DNA from: the human T2T-CHM13v2.0 reference genome, Homo sapiens
NCBI RefSeq assembly: GCF_009914755.1
Contig: NC_060944.1
Length of the DNA: 64,000 bases
Reading direction: 5' to 3' (one strand)
Shown: piece after piece, positions 1-13,245 of the stretch
How the letters are laid out: every line of letters starts with the position of its first letter
Numbering within the stretch: position 1 is the stretch's first letter
The notes under the pieces: generated by a model
Database searches by the model: none
The model's input: only the letters and a program-made list of their open reading frames with translations
Told to the model about the DNA's origin: nothing
Translations under genes and position numbers: made by a program

Positions 1-327
1 TTCTGGGGCTTTTGTCACAGCCTGAGCCTCACAGATACCAGATATTGGCCAAGAGTTCCCAGATGGTTTGGAATCAACATTATTTGCCTTACAGTTTTGT
101 ATGTTTATGACGCATGTTAATGTATGAAATGTGGACTGGGAGTCCAAAAGAAGTTACAATTAACCATAAAGTCCTAGGTAAAAAAGGTTAAAATAGCTTA
201 CCACTGAGCAGTTTCATTCAGTCTTTACAAAAATAAATGTGTTCATTGGGGCATTCAGAGTGTAACTGTTTTCTCTCATGTTCAGCTAATAGATTTCTGG
301 TTGAACCTTTGTTATCTTTTGGAGTAG

Positions 328-429
<102 letters not shown>

Positions 430-1568
430 TAGGTGCAATGTGTTTCCTTTTTCTCATTTTTGCCTGTCTCTATGTATGGATAGATAACATGAAGTCCAGA
501 ATTAAACAGAGTGCCTGGAACTGAAGCACAAACTCCCCTCCGTCACGTACTTACTCTCCCCTCCCTCCTGACTCTCTTGCTTTCTGGACAATAGGGATAG
601 AATCCTTGCTTCACAGGTGTGTTGCAAGGAGTAATTAATGACACGTTCTTTGAAGATGAAAAGCACCTGTTGGTGGTGTGTTTCATACCACTTTCGGAGG
701 GACTACAGACAGATCTAGAAAAAAAAAAATTCCTTTCCTAGGATCCTTGTTCCGACTTTAATATAATTACGATAATCCTCATGCTCCTGGTGTCAACAGT
801 AAGAACATGAATATTACATGTATTTGTTTTCACACTGAAGCTAGCCGAAATAAATATTTCAGCTTTCAATGTTTTGGTGGTTGAGGAAATTTCTTGCCAT
901 TCACAAACCTGTAAATATATGCTGAAGTTAACATCTTTAGTCTCTAATTCTCCCTGTGCAGCTTCTATCCTGCCCCTCAAAGTTCACTTTATCATCAGAG
1001 TGAAGTTACATTGTCTGTTGTGCACGCTGTAAGGAGCAAGGGGCTTATATACAGCTATATCGACACTCTTTTGTCTTCCACGATTGTATTTTATTGCCTT
1101 TCATGCTGACTATCTGAAATTTCTTCCAGGACATTTCAAATTATATTAACTAAGTCCTACTCCCATTTGTTGATCAAGTTTGGTCAACAAACCTGATACC
1201 AGCTAAATGGTGGTTATATTTGGGTAACATCTTGAAATAGCCTGAGAGAAATTCCAGAAGATTTTTCTTTACTCACAAGTAGAAATTGTGTGTATGTGTA
1301 CATTTGTGTACACAGAGCCTGAGTCTACTCCTGGAAAAAAAAAATCAGTATATAGGCAGTACTGACCCTTAACATTGGAAATGAATACCTATTTACCTTA
1401 GTTAAAATGTGAACGCCATCATAAATCCATTTTTAACCCAATGATTGATAAGCAGTATCATGTATAATGGAATATGTGAAGGTTTTTGCTTGATTCAGTC
1501 TGCATTTAAACATACACCTGTGGTGGGGAGTGTTTCCAGATTTGCTGGGGAAGCGAGAGGGCAGGTAG

Positions 1569-2393
<825 letters not shown>

Positions 2394-2848
2394 CACCGAA
2401 GAGGTTTGTACCGTTGGAGTTGAGGACATAGTGGCCAAACCTGTGACAAGAGAGCTGCGAATATAGATGCCGGGATTTTAAAGGAATTAATTAGAATGAC
2501 TAATTTAAATAGGAAGTGTGTTATCTGTGTTATGGCTATGGTTTGTTTTCAAAGCATTTCAAACCGGGAGGCTATATGCTTGTTCTAACAGCGTTGCTTC
2601 TTTATCATTGTATTTTATGACTGTCTTCAGAGAATTAGTAATGACAAAGAGCCATCCACCTTGTCAGGGAGGAGACTGTGCAAGGACTGCATGAAGAAAC
2701 TGATCATGAGCCCCTTCTTGGCACATCACTGTGCAGACCACACAATGGACCGTGCAAAGACAGTGCTGCCGTGCTGCCTTTCAGCTCCAGGGGTACAATC
2801 CATCCCCCTGCTCCTCAGCCTGAGTAGGAGGGCAGTGAAAGAACAAGC

Positions 2849-2986
2849 TAGTGGTTCTTAGCGCGTGGTCCTGGGACCAGCTTCGTTGTCTGGAAATGTG
2901 CTAGAAATGTGGTTATTGGGCCCTGCCCCATGCTGAGTAACTGCCTTTGGGTGATTCTGAAACATGCTCGCGTTTGAGAACCACTG
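2849..2986. mobile_element. MER5-family hAT-Charlie DNA transposon remnant
   Basis: Terminal inverted repeats tagtggttct...agaaccactg and internal ggtgattctga motif typical of MER5A/B. Confidence 0.65.
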
Positions 2987-4983
2987 GACTAATAGAACAC
3001 TCCCCAGTGCTTCCTGCAGCCTGGTTGCCATGGCCTCCAGCTCACCAGTTGGGGCCAGATGTGCACATGCATCCCCTCGGACTCCCTCAAACTCGTAAAA
3101 CACTTGGGTTTGGTGTATGGGTCACTCTCTTCCGGGTTCTACAGTATGGCAGCCATGGCACCCATGAAGGTGTTACTTTCCCTTATAATTGTTGAAGTCG
3201 ATGGGCGATTCTGCCCAACCTTAGGAGAAGACATCAGAGAGGCTCGTTGTTGCCTGTAGCTCAAGCATGTCCCAGTCCCTGCTCTTGCACCCACCTCCAG
3301 GATTTTGGTTTGGGACAGACTATAACCTAACAGGAACTCAGTGACCAGGTTCCAGTTTCCCAGTTGGAAGGCTTCGCAGGCAGTTCAAATTTCAAGATGG
3401 GAGCCTTCCCTTTACAATGTCACCCACTGTCTCCAGTGGGCTTGATGAAATGTCACATAGTGAATTGTAGCAATGACTTATTTTGGATGGACACCCGCTA
3501 AAAGTTTCCAATAACCGAATTTCACTCTAAAAGAGGAAAGAAACAATATTCAAGGTCCATTCATTCAATACATCTTTTTTTTTTTTCTGTTCAACATGGG
3601 GTGGTCCTTTGAAATGGCACCTCCCCTAAGTAATAAGGAAAACCAAGTATATTCCCTAAAGTGTTGAAGTTAGCAGAAAAATCACCCAGAAAAGCCCAAA
3701 ACAATGACAAGAGTACAGAAACAGGCATAGTGTAGGTTCATGCTTGAGATGGATTAGTGGTTTATTCCATCCCGTTCTATCCTTTCCCGTATCTCCTGTC
3801 CCCACTTGTTAAGACCAGTAAGACTCATGAAGCAGCAGCTATATTTCATGGCACCATTTTGGGTCATGAAATTCCATCTTGGTCACCAAGCCTGACTGTG
3901 GTGGTAGATACTGTTACTTTAATGTTCCAAACCCTGCCTAGAAACCTGTTCCTGTCCCATGATCCCAGCCTCACCACCCCCACTTGAAACAGCCCTTCCT
4001 ACTGGTATCCTGTCCTCTTCCCTCTTGGCTTTTTTCCTGCTCCCAGCGGAACCCAGTCAGGGGATTCTATAGGAGAAGAGGGAGCCCAACAGAATACTAA
4101 CTTCAGTGGAGCTGACTCTGCTTATACAATAGGGGTGGGCTGCACAGAGTGGAAACCGAGTACCTGGTAGAATGTGCATTTCCATGGCCCACTGTAGGCG
4201 CCTCTCTTAGAGCAAACAGTATTTTAGGTGTGCTCTTTATTGAACACAGGACCACAGTGTGTCACTGAATCTTCTTAAACAGAAGCAATTAGAACGATTT
4301 AGATATAGGGAGGGCACAAGTAATAAGTAACCCAGGGGATAGACCAAGAAGCAGCTCTCTGGAAGAGTCTGGAATTAAAAAGACGGCTGTACTAGAACAG
4401 TAGCCACTGCCTGCTCCAGAACTAGGGGGGAGATATTTGAGCTGGAGCCACCAGAGAACATTTCTATTGAGAAGTTTTTATTTGTTTGTTCTGTTGGTTT
4501 TTTGTTATTTCTGTTTTCTTCTAATCTTTCTCTGAAGTATCACTCTGGTATTGAGAAATTTTTATTTCATTAGCTAACCTGGGCTTGGTGGTTAAGGCTA
4601 GTACTTGTACTTAGAATGATTCTCTGTCAGGAAAAGTCTTGGCTTTAGAGTTTGTTATAGTTGGGGATATAACAATTACTGTGATCGAAGAGAAAAAATA
4701 GCACCTTTGGTTGTAGATAGATGTAGTTTTCCTCACAGCCCTCACGTCCCTTCATGTAAAAGGGATTTTAACAGGATTTACAGAGGGAATGGCTCTCAGT
4801 TCCCACACTGTGACATGTGTTTGAGGAATTTTGCCTTTAAGCATTTTTCTTGCACATGGCTGAAACACCCCTGGCTCTCTTGTTATTTGAGTGGTTGCAT
4901 GATTCTTTGGATATTTGGAAGTACAAAGGGGTAAATGGATGCCAGGGGTTTTTTGTTGTTGTTGCTTATTAGGTAGGATATGA

Positions 4984-5346
<363 letters not shown>

Positions 5347-8300
5347 TGTTTTGACATTCTTAATGATCTTAATAATTTGGCATCTGAAAGTCTGAAACAG
5401 TGTCAGTATTGTTAGTCAAAAAGAACAAGTTCTTCAACCACTTGCGTAGTACCCCAAATTATATTCAAGTCCCTGTGACTCCAATGCTTGGAGAAGTCAT
5501 TGATATGATTTGATTAATGTTATAACTTTGAATTTCCTAACTTTCTCAGCGGCATAGATTCTAAGCCACTTCCATGTGCTTTCAGATGGCATCTTAATAG
5601 ATTGGTGTTGAGGTTATTTTAATGTCCATAAACAAGAAAGGTCTGGGAACAATCTGTATGATTTTTCTTTCACATTTTCTTATCTTTGCCACTGGAGGTT
5701 AACTGTCGTCCAGATATGCATATGAATTGTGAAATGCAAAGAAGCAAACATTTGGGGGTAGGGGAGTAAGTGCTGTAGTTCTTTTGTTCACTTATTTTAA
5801 TACTATAGAAGTGTATTTCATTTTATAAAAAGCAAGAATCATAAAAACCCTCTGTATTTTGATTTATGAAGAATATAGCTTCTCTCTGAAGTATCTCAAG
5901 ATATATCTTGGGGACCACAATGGGATCACAGTGTAATTGTTTGCTGTTGGTGTCATGTTTGGATTTTAGCATGGTTTGTTATGCATGTCAGTGGCCTCTG
6001 ATTTCAGAAAGAGCTTGGCGAGGGCAGAACACATAAGGGAAGGAAACCTCTGCTCAAGAGAGTGGCCTGGGATCACAGTGTCGTCATTCCCAATTTCCTT
6101 GAATTCCTTCTTGGCAGACCTTACTGTAATATTACACAAAACTGTAATGAGTGGCCCTCCTTTGGAGGTAACAGATGCCTTTCCTAAGAACTCAAAGTTC
6201 TCTTTTCAGCGTGCTGTGACTTGAATATGGAAATCATTTTAATTTCTTCTTTTCTCTTATGGGGAAATTTCCATGCTTGGTTTGTCAAGACAAGAGAATT
6301 CATTCCTTATTATTGAAACATTAATGAACTGAAACACGTTGAAGCAAGTAAAAAATCAAAATTAGGTTGGTTTATCTTAAATAGTTAAAAGCCTTCCTTA
6401 GTACAAAATAAATTAAGCATTGTAAAACGAAGTTAATTCAGGTAATTACTCAGTACAGAAATCTAACCGTATATATCATTGGTATTGCAATTTAAGGGTA
6501 TAATTAAATTCTCAGAAATCTGCAGGACTCACTCTAATTTGCTTTCTATATTTATTTACAAGACAGGGAACAAATATGTGTCAATGTGCAGCTTAACAGA
6601 GGGGACTTGAATGGATAAAATTATCTTTAATTATCTAGAGCTACCCAGTACTGGGCTTGAATTTAATCATAGTCAAATGTTTCCTCTGGCAGCATAATAT
6701 TACCATACACCATATTACCTTATAATTGCCATTACAGTTCCTTATCAAAAATGTTAATTCTTTGCTTGAGCAAAAATCAATAAAACCTTATGTTTGACCC
6801 TAAAGTATTTGATCAGGGAACAGAAGGTGTGAATTGGACAGATCCCCCGAATAACTTTCTTCAATCAAGTTGAAAAACCAAACAGCTATGTAAGTCCCCA
6901 GGAGAGCTCTTTTTCCCTTATCTTCTCATTTGTTTTGTTATAAACTGTTTAAATAGTTCAAATGGTTGTGCATGCCTAGGGGATGAAACCTATGTAATAG
7001 AAATGTACTGTTTTATGAATAAGGAGTAAAATTGTTTTAAAAAATTAATGTGTATCACTTCTGTTCTTCAAAAACAAGTGAATTAACCCCAAGAAATGCA
7101 TATTCAAAATGCCCTTTTCTGGACAGCTATTTTAAATTATGCTCTATTTGTAAGAAGTGTTTGTGTTTTCTTTGTTGAAATAATTCTGCAGTTTTGAATA
7201 CTGTGTAAAATAATCAAAGGAGCTTTCCATTTAACCATCGGCCTTAAAGATTTAGGTATTGAAAACCCAGCATGAAACATTTGGATTAAATTGACCCCTA
7301 AGATTTTGGGGTGCTCCTTACAATGTGGACTTGTTCCCAATTCTGCTGCCAACTAAGAGCTAAGATAGACCTCTTTGGCAAGATTAAACTATGGCACTTT
7401 GACTCCTTTCCAAGGATCTTGACATTCCCCAAGTGGATTCATTTCCATTTTCCAAGTGAATCTAATCTTTACTCAGAACTGATGAAGTCCTGGGCTGACT
7501 GTCTACACTGCCTTTTATTTCAGTACTGCAGGCTTCTCTAGTTTTGTACATAACTTTTCAGAAGCAGTTTAGTCAGGTTGGAATAATACATTTGAATAGC
7601 TGTGCGTGCAATGCTGAGAACCACTGCAGTCGATGAGGCGTAGCTCATTTCTTCCTAGTGTTTTGGTCATGGTGGCCCGCTGTCTGGCCTAACCCACAGG
7701 AAAGACACCCTGCCCTGGACATGGGGGCTGGGCCTGGGATCTGGGGACTGCCTAACAGCATGGGGCTGCAAGCTGCAATCCCTGGGTCCAGGCTGCTGCT
7801 TTGCCACTAGTTGGTCTTATATGTTTTGGTACAAGTCATGTAACCTCCCAGGCCTCAGTTTCTTCATCTGTCAAATAAAATTATCTCTAATATTTTAAGT
7901 GCCAAACACAGCTTTTAGTGCATCGGGATAAACATTCCCCTCCCATGTATTAATGTCTACATCTGTTTGAAAATGGTTCTCTACACTGGCCACCTACTGG
8001 GGTCACCTGGATAGCTTCTAGTTCAATCAGAATCCCTGAGGTTTGGCCTGGGCGTTGGTATTTTTAAAGCTCATCAAATAATGATTCTCAGGAGACACCA
8101 TAGTTAGAACTATTGTTTAAAAATGTGGTGTGTGCATGTAAATAGCGGATGTTAAAAGAGACAGGGTTCGCTGAGTATTCTTTAGAAGAGGGGCTTTCTG
8201 CAAATCAGAAGTGTACCTACTTTCAAGTAAATGAGTAGGCATGGCTTTGGGGACAAGGTGTCAGTCAACAGTCATACATGTTAATCTTACAAAGAGATGT

Positions 8301-9171
8301 GTTTTGTTTTCTTCTGAAGGCCCCTCTGCATTGGTTCTGCTGCTTTAGAACCTACACATCCCAACGCACCCATCATCTTTGCCAACATTGAGAAATTGTT
8401 ACCCTCGTTCAGAAGATGGGTCTTTAAAGCACCTAAATAATTGTCTGAAATTTTTACATAAACCTCTGGGGTTTGCCTTTGATCATGATCATTAATATCA
8501 TTAATAGGCTCTCTCTAAAAGTGCGTGTGAATCTCAAGTTAGCATTTGGCAGGGCAGTGGAAGAATGAATGCTTTTAAAATAGTTTGGCTCAGAAAGTGC
8601 ATCTGAAATAACCCTGTGGGAAAATCAGGAGAATTTCTCATCCTCCAAAGGATTACCTAGGATGAGATACTGACCTTGTATTTTAAGTTCAGTTGCATTT
8701 CTTAAAACCTCATTCATTACCCAGCCTGATTTATTTTAGGAGTGAAGTAGGCTGTGGGAGGGGGCTATATAATGATGTATGGTTTTTATGTTTGCTTTTT
8801 GTTTTCTGCACAGTTCCCGAAAGATTTTTTATCATAACGTGTATATATATTTCTTTAAAAAAAAAATCCAGCTTCTTCACAAGATTTACTATGGCTTTTC
8901 TCTTAGAAATTAATGCTGAAGAATTCTCTCCTCTTCAGGCTCTAAGGCGATCAAACCCCAGAAGGCTGAGTGTGTGCGGGGTGAGCAGAGCGCTGACCTC
9001 TGCCAGGGGAGAGGTCAGTTCAGCACACAAGACTCAAAAGGGAGGAAGAAAAAGCAACTCCTCAGCAGGGAGTTTGACTTGCTTTAGGGCAGAAGAGCTT
9101 TTATAAATGAGTTCCCAGTCTCCCACGCCCTCTCGCCTGCACTTCTGTTACCAGTCCTGTTCTGCGCTTAG

Positions 9172-9213
9172 ACACACACACACAGACACACACACACACA
9201 GGCACACTCACAC
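9172..9213. repeat. Imperfect (CA)n microsatellite
   Basis: acacacacacacagacacacacacacacaggcacactcacac. Confidence 0.85.
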
Positions 9214-10802
9214 CTCATTTCCACTCGTTGCTTCACATCCCTCTCTCCACCTGCCCCAGGAACAGTGGAGAGACTGACAGACCCTGCTCCAGAGGAGGCA
9301 GGTGATGGATTGACTGGGAATTTTTCTAGGCCCAGCAGCTCCCAAGGCCTTTTCAGTTCCTCCTTCACATGCTTGACTGGTGAGAAGAACGCAGAAGGCT
9401 CTTTCCCAAACCCACGGTGGGTGCCTGGAAAGATGAATACCAGCGCATCCATTCCTATTGTCAGAGGGAGAGGTGGAATGGTAAATCAGGGCAGCCTCCA
9501 GCCAGGAGGTGGGAGACTGGGCTGGGTATTTGGGATGTGTCCCAGTAGGAGGAGCCTAGAGGGACCTTCCTGTCACAGCACAAGAGAAGGACCTTGTGAA
9601 GCAGCAACATTGCTCTATTGATATATTCTCCTTAAAATGCTGCCCCAGTGAGCCTTGTCCCAGCGCCCTTCTGCTCAGCATGTGGGCCATCTGCCTGTGG
9701 CAGAGCCTGGGGCATCTAGAAAAGAATATTCTTAGGTGGCTCTCCTGTGAAAATGCCCCATCAATCAATCTGAAGGCACTTGTAGGCAGCAGAGCTTTCT
9801 ATGCCAGAGGTGTCAGGGATCTGGGTTGCTATTGGGGTTCTTGTTTTGATGCCAATAAGCATCTTCACCGGAAAGAACCTTCTAGATGTCACCAAAATCT
9901 TTACACAGGCTCAAAGACAAGGAGTCTCTGCATCCATCTGTGAATTTTCTACAGCAAATTTTCCCTGTTTTCCCTTGAAGATAGCATTTCCTGGTACCAG
10001 TTTATCAAATCTCATGTTCTTCTGGGCCCCAGTTGTAGAAACAACTTTGGCTCTTGTTTTGCATGTCTGTCAAGTCTAATTCCAGGTCCTAATAATGTTG
10101 TTTTAGAAAAGCTCACTGAACTTAAGAGAAACCTTAATTTTCTGCTACCAGCAATGCAAGTCTGCCTAGGCCACCTGCCTTGCCCTCCATGCAAGGGCAC
10201 TCCTAGCAGAGAGATGGTGGGAGAGAAAGTTTGGCTTCACATTTAGCCCCTTCTCAGTGCCAAAGAAATGGCCACTGTGCAGTGACGACGGCCAAGCAGG
10301 GAACTTCCTTGTAGGGAAGGCCTCTGAGGAAGCCGGAGGTGGGAATACAAAGTATTTCTGAAATGCCCAACCCACTGAAAACCTCCAGAAAATGGAAGTC
10401 AAAACAGTATCTCGTTTCATAAGGAGAGAAAACTATCTCAAGACTTGAGTGTCCTGGAGTCCTCCAAGGCCAGGTATCTGAGCTTACCTCATTTGGCACA
10501 CATTTTATAAAATAGGGGTTTGGAGGGATATAGAAGAAAAAAACTGTGTTCTATTCTCATTATTCGCAGGCTGTAGACAGCTGTCGACACTCACAGACCA
10601 CACACTGTTGTAGACTTCAATTAGGCACCAAGTTTTGTACAGTCCTATAGTTCATTCTTGTCTTAAATGAGCTTTTCTTTCTCCTGCACCGGAAGCCGGC
10701 TCTGAATTGATCAGGGAAAAAGCTAACAACGATTTGTATAGTCACAACCAAATACGACACCTACAAGTGACATAGCTGGTACGATCCTTTTTAGAAGAAG
10801 CC

Positions 10803-11392
10803 TATGTTAGTTTTCTATCCCTGTGTAACAAATTACCATAAATTGAGAGACTTAAGACAACATAAGTTTATTATCTCACAGTTTTTGACACTTAGCTGGG
10901 TCCTCTGCTGAGGGTCTCAAAGGCTGAAATCAGGGCGTCAGCCAGGCTGCATCCTCATCTGGATGCTCAACCAGGGAAAGGTCCACTTCCAAGCTCCCTT
11001 GTTGGCAGAATTCAGTTCCTTACATTTGTAGGACTAAGATCCGCATTGTCCCGCTGGCTGTTGGCAGGGGACTTCCTACAAGCCATTTCGCGGGTCCTTG
11101 CCACATGACCTCGTCCATTTCATTAATGGAGAAACCTTGGCATTGAATCACTTTCATGCTTTGAATCTCTTTGACTTCTCCTTCTGTGACTAGCCAGAGA
11201 AAACTCTCTGCTTTTAAAAAGCTCCTGTAATTAGGTCAGCCCTACCTGGATAATCTACATTTGAAGGCTAACAGATTTGAGACTTTAATGACATCTGCAA
11301 AATCCCTTCACAGCAGTACCAGGATTAGCGTTTGATTGAATAACCAGGGACCAGGGAGCTTTGGGAGCCATCGTGGAGTCCTGCCTACGACC
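10803..11392 (-). mobile_element. MLT1 (ERVL-MaLR) solo LTR, MLT1E/F-like
   Basis: Hallmark segments gtaacaaattacc...tttattatctcacagttt, aaggctgaaatcagg.gtcagccaggctg, ttggcagaattcagttcctt. Confidence 0.75.
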
Positions 11393-11569
11393 AGATCCAA
11401 CAGCACTTAGCTCTTCTCTGACAGGCCCAGTTTAATGGTGTAACGGTGAGAAAGTAGACTGTCAGTTGGAATCTAGCTGAATTCCTTAATCTTTTAATGG
11501 TTACTTAGAGCAAATACTGAAAGCAGTGTTCTTTCCTTTACCTGTAGCCCTTTTCATGAATATTAACTA

Positions 11570-11715
11570 TAGTGGCACACATTTATTGTCACCATGACAG
11601 ATGAGGAAACTGAGGCACAAAGAATTTTGGAAACTTTCCCAAGTTAGTAAATGGCAGTGCCTAGAATCTGGGTCTGGCAAACCTCAAAGCCCAGAAACTG
11701 TGTTGTTAGAGCACA
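11570..11715 (-). mobile_element. MIR SINE fragment
   Basis: MIR core acagatgaggaaactgaggcaca at ~11597-11620. Confidence 0.7.
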
Positions 11716-13099
11716 CAGGTGGAAAATTTCAAACCAGGAGCTGGAAGGAAGAGCTGCAGTTGGAATCAAAGAAGTTTCACTCCAGAATGCATGCTCTTGA
11801 CCACTAAGCACACAGCCTGGCTTTGCACACCAAGAGGGTGAAAGTAACAGTCCAGTGAAGGAAGGGTCAGGCCCACGTGGAGGCTGAATGCTCTGCAGGA
11901 GATGTTCAGGACCTCTTTTGTAACTGCACTGCAGCCAACACTGTCCGACTGAGAGCTCACAGGAAGCACGGAAATGACAGGGCGTGGAGGTGGAGAAAGC
12001 CAGAGATTGTGGTCCCTCCCGGCCCCTTCCCACTCCCTTTACTTTACTAGAGGCACTTTTTTCTTAGTTTGTTGCAAACCTGTAGGACATGTCACGTTTG
12101 CGCTCTTCCTTTCTGCTTTATGCCTTGAATTCTTTAAAAATTCTTCTAAAGTAACATCACTGCAAAGCCAGAGAGAGCCCCTGAGGGTATCTGATTGTTC
12201 ATGTCCTGAACTTGGAGGGTTTATGTTTCTGTCTTGGGGATGGGGTTTTTCCAAGTCACTCAGTGTGGGTGCCTGGGCGCAGAGGAAACTTCTACATAGA
12301 ATGTACTTCTGGCCTACCCTGACACGACAAACAGGTTGTGGAGGAGTAGCCTTTTGGGGATGTCAGGTGGAGGAAGCAGAGCTGCCCACAGGCAGTTCCA
12401 GGAACTCTCAGGTGTGTCTGAACTGGCCCAACCGCACACTGGACGTGGCGAACTTCATCACATTCAAGCGATCTGGATTTTAGTCCTGTTAAATGCTCAG
12501 GTGTTTTTGTGGTGATAACCTGGAAGGAAGCTGCCAGGGGGAGTGGGAGTGGTTAGAGAACGTGGGATGAGGCCTAATGATAATTGCAATCACCTGACAC
12601 TGGCGAGGACCCTGGCACCTGCATCTCAGCCCCGGTGAGCAGCAGTGTGGTTCTGAAAACACCTGTAAAATGTGCATGTGTGCATATGCGTGCACACACA
12701 CAGGCAGCAATAAGACCTAGTGAGGCTGTTGATTTCCTTTCTGAACCTCTTTTCCTGCAACTCATTTTAATTCTATGAAGCAAAAACTAAAAGGGAAATC
12801 AGAAACTTCCCAAGAACAAAGGAACAGCCTACAAAGGAGCAGGGCTTAATCTTCCTTTGATGCAGAAAACACCTATTGCTCCTGGGTTTATACAGATGTC
12901 ACTTTCTAGGCAGAACCAGTTCAGATTGGCGACACTGTCGTAGCAGTCGCTTCCTGTGACCTCCCTTGAGACTTTGCATCCATTTTTGTGAAGTGCTGAT
13001 CTCCCAAGGTTTTACCTTTTAAAATCACACTAAGGGCAGGATGCCGGCATAAACCTCGCAAATTCCCAGAAGAGGCAGAAAACACAGCAGCCCAAGAAG

Positions 13100-13245
13100 C
13101 AGGAGCCCAGAGTTCTAGTTCTGGCTATTGCTAACTCTGTATAACTTCAGACAAGTCCTTGAACCTCTCTGGGCCTCAGTTTCCTCTTCTGGGAAAGTAG
13201 TGGGGGTTGGATCCTTTGATGGATAAGGTCCTTGATTGCATTAAC
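13100..13245 (+). mobile_element. MIR/MIR3 SINE fragment
   Basis: Core acaagtccttgaacctctctgggcctcagtttcctc. Confidence 0.7.
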
